Source of the DNA: a candidate division WOR-1 bacterium RIFOXYB2_FULL_42_35 | Lineage (GTDB): Bacteria > Margulisbacteria > WOR-1 > O2-12-FULL-45-9 | Direction: 5' to 3' | DNA: 64,000 nt | Assembly: GCA_001771545.1 (NCBI GenBank) | Contig: MEUC01000002.1 | Span: forward strand, 3,909 to 67,908 | Shown: one piece after another, positions 19,570 to 28,020 of the stretch | Numbering within the stretch: position 1 is the first letter of the stretch | How the letters are laid out: each line of letters opens with the position of its first letter | The notes under the pieces: generated by a model | Database searches by the model: none | What the model saw: the letters and a program-made list of their open reading frames with translations, nothing else | What the model was told of the DNA's origin: nothing | Made by a program: the position numbers and the translations under genes

Positions 19570-20430
19570 ATGAAAACAGCCTTTGTGTTTCCCGGCCAGG
19601 GCTCGCAAACGGTCGGGATGGGTAAAGATCTGGCTGAATCTCTGCTAGATCAAGCTAACCAAATATTGGGTTTTGATCTCAAAAAGCTCTGTTTTGAAGG
19701 TCCGGAAGAAGAACTTAAGAAGACCGAGATCACTCAGCCTGCTATTCTAACTGTCAGCGTGGCTGCCTTCCAACAACTCGCAACCCGCAACCCGCAACCC
19801 GCAACAGTAGCTGGCCACAGCTTGGGAGAATACTCTGCACTAGTAGCAGCTGGAGCTATTAAGTTTGGAGATGCGGTTAAGATCGTTAACCTCCGCGGTA
19901 AGTTTATGCAAGAAGCTGTGCCAATTGGCCAAGGAGCCATGGCCGCTATTATTGGTGGGGAACGAGCTAAAATTGAAGAGGTTTGCGCTGGGATCGAGGG
20001 TGTCTGGCCAGCCAACTTTAACTCTCCTGGTCAAATCGTTATTTCCGGCCAAAAAGAGGCTGTTGAAAAGGCTTCTGCTGCTTGCAAGGATGCCGGAGCA
20101 AAAAGAGCCATCCCCTTGCCTGTTTCCGCTCCTTTTCATTGCCCACTCATGCAGCCTGCTGCTGATAAATTAAAAATGGAACTTGATAAAATTGAAGTCA
20201 AAGACGCAACTATTCCTGTTATTGCCAACGTTACAGCTGCTGCGGTAACCAGCGCTGCTGAAATTAGAGACTTATTAGTCAAACAAGTCACCTCCCCTGT
20301 TTTGTGGGAGGATTCTGTTAAGAAAATGATTGCTGATGGAGTGAGTTCGTTTGTTGAAGTTGGGCCTGGCAAGGTTTTGTCTGGGCTAATTAAAAAGATT
20401 GATAGAAACGTAGAAACTAGTAATGCGTAA
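19570..20430 (+). CDS. fabD: Malonyl-CoA:ACP transacylase
   Basis: MKTAFVFPGQGSQTVGMGKDL...AGHSLGEYSALV. Contains an in-frame (CAAC[CT]CG)4 repeat at 19774-19801. Confidence 0.93.
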   Translation: MKTAFVFPGQGSQTVGMGKDLAESLLDQANQILGFDLKKLCFEGPEEELKKTEITQPAILTVSVAAFQQLATRNPQPATVAGHSLGEYSALVAAGAIKFGDAVKIVNLRGKFMQEAVPIGQGAMAAIIGGERAKIEEVCAGIEGVWPANFNSPGQIVISGQKEAVEKASAACKDAGAKRAIPLPVSAPFHCPLMQPAADKLKMELDKIEVKDATIPVIANVTAAAVTSAAEIRDLLVKQVTSPVLWEDSVKKMIADGVSSFVEVGPGKVLSGLIKKIDRNVETSNA

Positions 20431-20492
20431 CGGGTAATGCGAATAGGGAATAATACAATTCTCATTCCCCATTACTTCATTCTCATTACTTT
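20419..20492. repeat. GTAATG-family palindromic intergenic element, copy A (overlaps fabD stop, upstream of fabG)
   Basis: AGTAATGCGTAACGGGTAATGCGAATAGGGAATAATACAATTCTCATTCCCCATTACTTCATTCTCATTAC. Confidence 0.7.
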
Positions 20493-20503
20493 AGGAGGTT
20501 ATC

Positions 20504-21235
20504 ATGAAACTTAAAGACAAAGTCGCTCTTATAACCGGATCCGCGCAAGGCATTGGTAAATCAATTGCCCAAGCCATGGCGGCCGAAGGAGCAAAGGTTG
20601 TAATTTCTGATGTTAATCTTGAGCTGGCAGAACAAACCGCCCAAGAATTTGGCCCGGATACGCTGGCCTTAAAACTCAACGTAGCAGATAACAACGAAGT
20701 TGACGCTACAATTAAACAAATCGTAGAAAAACTGGGACGCCTGGATATAGTGGTAAATAATGCCGGCATAACCAAAGACGGCTTGCTGATCCGCATGAAA
20801 AAAGAAGACTGGGACGCAGTTATCAATATTAATTTAAGTGGCGTATTTAATGTTGCCAAAGCCGCGGCTATTGTAATGATGAAACAGCGCTCCGGTAAAA
20901 TCGTTAACATTGCTTCTATAGTCGGACAAATGGGTAATTTTGGCCAGGCTAATTATTCTGCCTCCAAAGCTGGTGTAATTGGTTTTACTAAAACAGCTGC
21001 CAAAGAATTGGCCAGCCGAGGAGTAACAGTTAATGCCATTGCTCCGGGCTTTATTAAAACCGCAATGACTGATAAAATACCAAATGAGATTAAGCAAAAA
21101 ATGCTGGAGCAGATTCCTTTGGGGAAACTTGGTCTGCCGGAAGATATTGCCAAAGCAGCCGTGTTTTTAGCCAGCAGTGATGCTGACTATATTACCGGTC
21201 AAGTTCTCGCCGTTAACGGCGGGATGTACATGTGA
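20504..21235 (+). CDS. fabG: 3-oxoacyl-ACP reductase
   Basis: MKLKDKVALITGSAQGIGKSIA...; SDR motifs; GGAGG RBS. Confidence 0.93.
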   Translation: MKLKDKVALITGSAQGIGKSIAQAMAAEGAKVVISDVNLELAEQTAQEFGPDTLALKLNVADNNEVDATIKQIVEKLGRLDIVVNNAGITKDGLLIRMKKEDWDAVININLSGVFNVAKAAAIVMMKQRSGKIVNIASIVGQMGNFGQANYSASKAGVIGFTKTAAKELASRGVTVNAIAPGFIKTAMTDKIPNEIKQKMLEQIPLGKLGLPEDIAKAAVFLASSDADYITGQVLAVNGGMYM

Positions 21236-21244
21236 TCAAAGTTT

Positions 21245-21320
21245 TGAGTAATGTGTAATGGGTAATGTGAATAGGGAATAATAATATTCACATTACGCAT
21301 TACTATGTTCACATTACTAA
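21245..21320. repeat. GTAATG-family palindromic intergenic element, copy B (between fabG and acpP)
   Basis: AGTAATGTGTAATGGGTAATGTGAATAGGGAATAATAATATTCACATTACGCATTACTATGTTCACATTAC. Confidence 0.7.
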
Positions 21321-21345
21321 TAAAAACGAAGGGAGGTGAGTTGAA

Positions 21346-21591
21346 TTGAACGAACAGGAAGTTTACGAAAAAGTAGTCAAGGTTGTGATAGAACAATTAG
21401 GAGTGTCTGAAGCAGAAATCAAGAAGGAATCATCATATGTTGATGATTTAGGCGCTGACTCACTTGATACAGTTGAGTTGGTTATGGCCCTTGAAGAAGC
21501 TTTTAGCACAGAAATTCCGGACGAAGACGCCGAAAAGATTAAATCTATTGGAGACACTGTTAGCTATATTTTGTCTCACACAAAAAATTAA
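21346..21591 (+). CDS. acpP: Acyl carrier protein
   Basis: [19 protein letters not shown] (phosphopantetheine-attachment Ser motif). Confidence 0.93.
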   Translation: MNEQEVYEKVVKVVIEQLGVSEAEIKKESSYVDDLGADSLDTVELVMALEEAFSTEIPDEDAEKIKSIGDTVSYILSHTKN

Positions 21592-21594
21592 TTA

Positions 21595-22548
21595 ATGAAT
21601 CTGCCAGAATTAAAAATTGATCGATATACCGCCCGCGTCCCTATCATTCAGGGAGGCATGGCAATTAGAATTTCTACTGGTTCTCTGGCTGGAGCGGTTG
21701 CAGCAGCCGGAGGCATTGGCGTTATTGGCGCCTCTGGCATGAGCTTTGAAGAGCTGGCCTCAGAAATCAAAATTGCCAGGGATAAAGCCCAAGGCGGAGT
21801 AGTTGGGATCAATATTATGTTTGCGGCCAGGGAGTTTTGGGGGATTGTAAATACTGCTATCAAGGAAAAAATCGACCTCATCTTCGTTGGGGCTGGTTTT
21901 TCCCGAGATATTTTTAAAGTTGGGCAGGATAACAATACCCCCATTGTCCCAATTGTCTCTTCTGCTAGATTAGCAAAAACCTCGGAACGTTGTGGGGCTG
22001 CTGCTATTGTAGTTGAAGGCAAAGAAGCTGGGGGGCACCTGGGCACTGATCGTTCTATCAAAGAAATTCTGCCAGAAGTGCTTAAGGCAGTTAAACTGCC
22101 AGTTATCGCTGCTGGCGGCATAACTAACGGTCAAGATATTGTTGATATGTTGAAAATGGGAGCAAGCGGAGTTCAAATTGCCACCCGCTTTGTTTTGTCC
22201 GAAGAATGTAATGCGGCCCTGCCCTACAAACAGCTGTACCAAAAGGCAACAGAAAAAGATATTGCAGTTATTTCCTCTCCTGTGGGGCTACCAGGACGAG
22301 CGATTAGAAGCGCCTTTGTCGAAAAACTGCTAAAAAAAGAAGCCCCAAAACCCGTAGGTTGTGATTTTTGTCTTAAGTCATGTTCTCTTGAATACTGTAT
22401 CATTCAAGCCCTGATCAATGCCCTTAAGGGTGATGTTGATCATGGCGTGGTGTTTTCAGGACAAAATGTCTGGAAGATAAAAGACCGCACCATTAAGCCT
22501 GCCGCTGAAATAATTAACGAATTAGTTAAGGAGGTCTCCGAACTTTGA
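21595..22548 (+). CDS. fabK: Enoyl-ACP reductase II (FMN-dependent nitronate monooxygenase family)
   Basis: NMO-family N-terminus ...[14 protein letters not shown]...; located in the fab operon. Confidence 0.8.
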   Translation: MNLPELKIDRYTARVPIIQGGMAIRISTGSLAGAVAAAGGIGVIGASGMSFEELASEIKIARDKAQGGVVGINIMFAAREFWGIVNTAIKEKIDLIFVGAGFSRDIFKVGQDNNTPIVPIVSSARLAKTSERCGAAAIVVEGKEAGGHLGTDRSIKEILPEVLKAVKLPVIAAGGITNGQDIVDMLKMGASGVQIATRFVLSEECNAALPYKQLYQKATEKDIAVISSPVGLPGRAIRSAFVEKLLKKEAPKPVGCDFCLKSCSLEYCIIQALINALKGDVDHGVVFSGQNVWKIKDRTIKPAAEIINELVKEVSEL

Positions 22549-23786
22549 GCAAAAGAGTTGTTGTAACAGGCTTAGGAGTTGTTTCCCCAATTGGAATTGG
22601 CAAAGACGATTTTTGGTCGGCTTTAAGCCAGGGCAAAAACGGGATTGACAAGATCACTCTTTTTGATACCACTAATTTCCCAACTAGAATTGCTGGTGAG
22701 GTCAAAGATTTTAACCCTGGGAACTATCTTGACAAAAAAGAAGCCCGTCGCTTAGTTCGTTTCATTCAGTTTGCCATTGCCGCCTCACAACTAGCCCTCA
22801 CAGACTCCGGTTTGACTATTTCTGACAACAACGCCAATGATGTTGGGGTTGTGATTGGTTCAGGGATCGGTGGAATTGATATTTTGGAAAGCGCTGCCTA
22901 TACTTTGAGAGATAAGGGCCCGGACAAACTTAGTCCTTTTACTGTCCCATTTATGATTGCTGATATGGCCGCAGGCTATGTCTCGATCAGTGTTGGCGCT
23001 AAAGGCCCGAATTCTTGTGTTGTCACTGCCTGTGCCTCAGGGACACATTCAATTGGCGAAGCTTATAAAATCATTCAGCGTGGCGCAGCCAAAGCCATGT
23101 TAGCTGGTGGATCCGAAGCATGCATTACCCCGTTAGGAGTAGCAAGTTTTTGCGCAGCTCGCGCCCTTTCAACTCGCAACGATGACCCTCAACACGCCAG
23201 TCGGCCATTTGAGGCCAATCGCGAAGGCTTTGTGATAGGCGAAGGTGCCGGGATTTTGCTTTTAGAAGGTTTGGAAGAAGCCCTTGCTCGCAACGCCAAA
23301 ATCTATGCCGAAGTTATCGGCTATGGCATGAGCGGTGATGCCAATCATATTACTGCCCCCGCCCCCGGCGGAGAAGGCGCTGTTCGCGCAATGCAAGCTG
23401 CCCTTAAAGATGCCAATATCAGCCCGGAGCAAGTTGACTATGTTAACGCTCACGGGACTTCAACCAAACTAAACGACAAGTTTGAAACCATGGCCATAAA
23501 AACTTTCTTTGGTGAACACGCCAAAAAATTAGCTGTTAGCTCAAACAAGTCTATGACTGGTCACATGTTGGGCGCAACAGGAGCAGTTGAGTTTATTGCT
23601 TCTATTCTTTCAATTGTCAACGACACGGCCCCACCAACAATTAACTATGAAGTCCCTGATCCAGAGTGTGATCTCGATTACGTTCCCAACCAAGCCAGGA
23701 AAATGCCGATTAATATTGCTATGTCCAATTCTTTTGGCTTTGGTGGCCATAACGCTATTTTGCTGGCCAAAAAGTATTCTCCTTAA
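22545..23786 (+). CDS. fabF: 3-oxoacyl-ACP synthase II
   Basis: [17 protein letters not shown]...; KAS II motifs; 413 aa. Confidence 0.93.
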   Translation: MSKRVVVTGLGVVSPIGIGKDDFWSALSQGKNGIDKITLFDTTNFPTRIAGEVKDFNPGNYLDKKEARRLVRFIQFAIAASQLALTDSGLTISDNNANDVGVVIGSGIGGIDILESAAYTLRDKGPDKLSPFTVPFMIADMAAGYVSISVGAKGPNSCVVTACASGTHSIGEAYKIIQRGAAKAMLAGGSEACITPLGVASFCAARALSTRNDDPQHASRPFEANREGFVIGEGAGILLLEGLEEALARNAKIYAEVIGYGMSGDANHITAPAPGGEGAVRAMQAALKDANISPEQVDYVNAHGTSTKLNDKFETMAIKTFFGEHAKKLAVSSNKSMTGHMLGATGAVEFIASILSIVNDTAPPTINYEVPDPECDLDYVPNQARKMPINIAMSNSFGFGGHNAILLAKKYSP

Positions 23787-23795
23787 GAGAGAATA

Positions 23796-26700
23796 ATGAA
23801 AGATCAAAGATCAAAGATCAAAGATCAAAACAAATCCAAAGGTAAAAGCTCCGAAATCCAAACAAATCTAATAATCAAAGGTTCAAGGATTTTGATCTTT
23901 GGGCTTGGATCTTGGAGCTTGTTTTGCGCTTTGATCTTGGGACTTTGGATTTCTTGCCCCTCATTGGCCTACGCTCAAAGCACGATCTATCCTAAATTCG
24001 ACATTTCCGGTTATAAGAAGTGGGAATATAAACGGGTAGATGTTGATCCTTCAAGCAACTATTTCAGCGGCTTAACCCAGCTGGGTGGTTTTTATCAAAC
24101 TTACAGCGGAGGACCATGGCAAGAAAGGCTTAAGCTTAAAATTATCGGCGAGCTCTCAAAAGATCTTTCTGTTACGTACAATATCAATCAACAGCCCGAA
24201 ACCCCCGACCAATTTGACGTACAAGTCAAATATAAAGACACAGAACTAACCTTCGGTGATTTTTCTGCAACTTTTTCTGGCAACGAGTTTGCTTCCGTTT
24301 CTAAAACATTGAATGGGGTAAAGTTGACCTCTAAAAATTCCTGGCACGACGTTCTGGTGGTGCCCTCAACAAAACTTAAAAGCCAAACCCAAGCCTTAAC
24401 CGCCCAAAAAGGCAATAATACCAAGGGCCCCTATAGTCTTGGTCGCGGCTCAATCGTTGAAGACTCTGAAAAGGTTGAACTCAACAACGTCCCATTAAAG
24501 CGCAATGTTGACTATACCATTAACTACTTTGAAGGCAAGATTACCTTCAATAAAATATTAACCACTCTCGATGAGTTTAAATATAGCTATGAGTACACCA
24601 ACATGCTGGATCTCTTTTTCCCTTCGCTCTCAAAAAGAGACTTTTTTGGTTTTCAATCAAGATTTACAATTGATCCCAAAGAAGTTGGCAAGCCACCGCT
24701 CAAAAAGCAGTTGGTTGTTTTATCCGATCAACAGCAATTTCCTTCTTCGGGCAGCCTTGAGGCCGGTTTAACGGAAGCAGAAAGCAGTGGCCGCTATCTA
24801 ATCAACAATTACCCCCTCGTCGATTTCAGCGAAAAAATAACTTTTCTTGGTGCGGAGCTGCAAAAAAATACTCATTATATTGTTCGTTACGAGACAGGAG
24901 AAATAAAGCTTTTAACCAATACCTTGCCAACCGCAGCCGACCCCCTGACTGTTCAGTACAAATACTATAAAGTTTCCGCGGAAACAGACGCAATCTTAGG
25001 CATTGGGGGGCGCGGTCCTTATCAACTGAAAAATAATGGGCTTGTCTCCGAGAGTGAACGAGTGGAGGTTAATGGCCAGCTCAATGTCCGTAATTTAGAT
25101 TATTCTATTGATTACACCACCGGCCAAATTGTTTTTGGTATTCCGGTTAGTGAAACTTCACAGATTAAAGTTTCATACAAATACAAAGCCCTGGAAACCC
25201 CCGTTGAAACAAAGTCTAAATTTCCAACCGAACTAACAGTTGGCGCAACTTATCTGCGAGAATCAGCCAAAAAAACCAGCGGAACCAACATTGTTACAGT
25301 AATTGAAAGTATCACCGGACAAACAATTATTAACAAGAATTACCTAGCCTATCTAGCCAACCGTCCTTTGGCTGACAGCAGCGAAGCAACCACAACCCTA
25401 ATTGTTAAGGTTGATGGGCAAACCCTGACCCGGGAGGTTGATTATACTGTTCCCACAACCTACGTTGATCCCAGCACCGGCTACGCAGTTGTTACCCCGG
25501 AAGCAACCCTAGCCTACATCAATGATCGCGCTGATACTACTAATGGTTATGGCACCGGTACAATCTTATTTTTAAACCCGAGCACTGTTCTGGCTACCAG
25601 CTCAGTTACCGTAACCTATACGTATCAAAAAAACATTGTTGGCAAATTTTCCGGTGTGGGCAACGAAACCACTGGCCCATATTATTTAAGAAACGTTAGA
25701 AATGTTGTCCCCGGATCGGAAACTCTTCAGGTTTGGGAAAGGGGCTCCTCGACCATTACCACCTACACCCGCAACTCAAGCTTTGAACCAGACGCTGGCA
25801 GCACCGGCTATTCAATCAATTATGACGCTGACAACCCTTACATAACTTTTAACAATGGACTTTCCAGCACCAAGAACTTTCAGTTGATTTATCAATATGT
25901 TCCACCCTTGGGAGCAACAAATAACGCTGATTTAGCCCAATCCATTCTCGGTTTTGATACCAGTTTTAAAATCGGCAACCTCTTTAAAATAGACAGCGCT
26001 TATGCCCGCAGTGAAACTGACCAGGTTTTTATGGCTGAAGCAACCAGCGAAAGTTTTACCGGCAACGGAACCAAAACGTATTTACTACACTCTAGCGCGA
26101 CTCTGATCGAAAACAGTGAAAAAGTTTCGGTCAATAATAATACCCTTAATAAAGACTTGGACTATTTTGTTAGCTATACTAGCCCTGGCAAGGTTGTTTT
26201 CTATTATATTACCCCAACAACTGCCGATGCTATTGTTGTTGACTATAAATACCAATCCCTTTCCGGTATAGCCTCCGGGCAAACCAGTAAAGTTGACAGC
26301 GCTTATAGCCTTGGCGCAGAAACCAAAGTTTTTGGAGACACCTTGACCCTCTCTGGGGTGACCAAAAAGATTGGTCAAGATTTTACCCCCATGGGCGGCA
26401 CATCAATTGGTTTGGGCTCGAGTTATAATGCCTATGATCTTAAATTCCAACAAAAAAACTTCCACTCATTAACTGCTAATTATTCCTACAAAGAAAACAC
26501 CAATCCTTTAAGCACTTACCGGGATCGTTTTTTAAAAAGTTATGACAACTCAATAAACCTTGGGATTGACCCTAACAAGTTAGTAAAAATAGCTCTTTAC
26601 TATCGAGACTACCGGACAATTGACGACCTTTTGCCTGCTAGCACCGCCCACGCCAGTGACAACCAACAACAATCTTATTCCCTTAGTCTTGTGCCAAAAA

Positions 26701-28016
26701 CCTTGCAGCATCAAGAGTTGTCTTTTACCCAACAATATAGCGCCAGCAGAACCTTCTCGCAACAAGACACCTTAAGAGACAGTCGTAATTTTTCCGAAAG
26801 CACTATTGACTATCTTACTGCCAGCGGGGCACTTAAATTTACCAAGAGGTTTTCCGCTAATTATAACTATCAACAAAGTAATCCAAAAACAATCTCGCTT
26901 AAGTCCAGCACCACCGAAGCCACCCATGAAGCTGTTTACTCGCAAAAACATGTTGTCGATACAACTTATGCCTTCTCTGCCGACTTAACTTTCCCTCAAA
27001 TAAGTAGCTGGGTCGCCCGCGTCAGTGTCATTGATCATAAGGACTATAATCTTTACACTGCCTTTTCTACAACCAATGAAATTGTCAGCACCAGAAACGA
27101 AAGCTATAACACAACCTTTGTTCCTTTTCAACAACTGAGCACTTCACTCGACCACAATCGCTCAGAGCAAACCAGTGTTGTGGTGGGCGGGGCTAACCCT
27201 AAAACAGAAAGGACTACAACTAAAACAGCCTATAGTCCTTTTAGTTGGCTTTCCGGAGGCTGGACATATTCACAGAGTGAGTCAATCCCTCAAACAGGCA
27301 TCGTTTATAAAACCAGCGGTAAAGGCAATACTTATACTGCTATCTACAAACCAATTTCTTTAACTTATTTTAGCCTTGTCTCCACTTTCTCAATAACCGA
27401 CAACCGGCAGGTAGCTCCTTCTGGAACAACTCCCGAGGTAACAACCGACACAAACACTTTTTCGCAAAATTATGTTTTAGGCTTCACCCCTCATAGTTTA
27501 TTACCGTTTAAAGTTGGTCTAACTCTGGAAAATTATCGTAATACCAACGATCATCCCAGCGTTGCCAGTAGAATTGATACGAAAACTGAAAATCAGACCG
27601 TCAGCTTGGGGTTAAAAACGACCCCCTTCACAAGTTTCACTTATAGCACAAGCTATGATCATAAAATTACTCGAGTTATAAGGGATTTGACTGTTGCTCC
27701 TCAAAACAAATTAAAAAGCACCTTTAATAATGCCTTGTCTTATCAAGTCAATAAAATGAGCACTCTTAATTACAGCCGACAGGATGAAAACAATGGCGGA
27801 GAAATTCAAGGGGGGAAAGTAGCCGCTTTAAACATTAATAAAACTACTCAAGCCCTGAGCCTAAGCATTATCGTGCCTATAGATAACGTTGTCATAACTA
27901 GCTTTGTTTTTACAACTTCTTTAAAAACCGTGGACTATCGCAATCTGGACAAGCCAAACAAAGCCGATGATTTTATTGCTTCGTTACTAACGTTTGAAGG
28001 GACCATAAATTTCTAG
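23796..28016 (+). CDS. Giant (1406 aa) secreted beta-rich protein, probable outer-membrane protein, with an extended N-terminal leader shared with the downstream subtilase
   Basis: N-terminus MKDQRSKIKDQNKSKGKSS...ILIFGLGSWSLFCALILGLWISCPSLAYA|QS (long signal peptide). Internal modules of about 100 aa recur, of the form ..V.VNG..L.....DY.I.Y..G.I.F. C-terminal strand ...LLTFEGTINF ends in Phe, as in OM beta-barrels. Confidence 0.6.
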   Translation: MKDQRSKIKDQNKSKGKSSEIQTNLIIKGSRILIFGLGSWSLFCALILGLWISCPSLAYAQSTIYPKFDISGYKKWEYKRVDVDPSSNYFSGLTQLGGFYQTYSGGPWQERLKLKIIGELSKDLSVTYNINQQPETPDQFDVQVKYKDTELTFGDFSATFSGNEFASVSKTLNGVKLTSKNSWHDVLVVPSTKLKSQTQALTAQKGNNTKGPYSLGRGSIVEDSEKVELNNVPLKRNVDYTINYFEGKITFNKILTTLDEFKYSYEYTNMLDLFFPSLSKRDFFGFQSRFTIDPKEVGKPPLKKQLVVLSDQQQFPSSGSLEAGLTEAESSGRYLINNYPLVDFSEKITFLGAELQKNTHYIVRYETGEIKLLTNTLPTAADPLTVQYKYYKVSAETDAILGIGGRGPYQLKNNGLVSESERVEVNGQLNVRNLDYSIDYTTGQIVFGIPVSETSQIKVSYKYKALETPVETKSKFPTELTVGATYLRESAKKTSGTNIVTVIESITGQTIINKNYLAYLANRPLADSSEATTTLIVKVDGQTLTREVDYTVPTTYVDPSTGYAVVTPEATLAYINDRADTTNGYGTGTILFLNPSTVLATSSVTVTYTYQKNIVGKFSGVGNETTGPYYLRNVRNVVPGSETLQVWERGSSTITTYTRNSSFEPDAGSTGYSINYDADNPYITFNNGLSSTKNFQLIYQYVPPLGATNNADLAQSILGFDTSFKIGNLFKIDSAYARSETDQVFMAEATSESFTGNGTKTYLLHSSATLIENSEKVSVNNNTLNKDLDYFVSYTSPGKVVFYYITPTTADAIVVDYKYQSLSGIASGQTSKVDSAYSLGAETKVFGDTLTLSGVTKKIGQDFTPMGGTSIGLGSSYNAYDLKFQQKNFHSLTANYSYKENTNPLSTYRDRFLKSYDNSINLGIDPNKLVKIALYYRDYRTIDDLLPASTAHASDNQQQSYSLSLVPKTLQHQELSFTQQYSASRTFSQQDTLRDSRNFSESTIDYLTASGALKFTKRFSANYNYQQSNPKTISLKSSTTEATHEAVYSQKHVVDTTYAFSADLTFPQISSWVARVSVIDHKDYNLYTAFSTTNEIVSTRNESYNTTFVPFQQLSTSLDHNRSEQTSVVVGGANPKTERTTTKTAYSPFSWLSGGWTYSQSESIPQTGIVYKTSGKGNTYTAIYKPISLTYFSLVSTFSITDNRQVAPSGTTPEVTTDTNTFSQNYVLGFTPHSLLPFKVGLTLENYRNTNDHPSVASRIDTKTENQTVSLGLKTTPFTSFTYSTSYDHKITRVIRDLTVAPQNKLKSTFNNALSYQVNKMSTLNYSRQDENNGGEIQGGKVAALNINKTTQALSLSIIVPIDNVVITSFVFTTSLKTVDYRNLDKPNKADDFIASLLTFEGTINF
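23801..23828. repeat. (AGATCAA)x4 heptanucleotide tandem repeat at the 5' end of the giant-protein CDS (four GATC sites)
   Basis: aagatcaaagatcaaagatcaaagatcaaaac encodes KDQRSKIKDQN. Confidence 0.8.
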
Positions 28017-28020
28017 GGGT

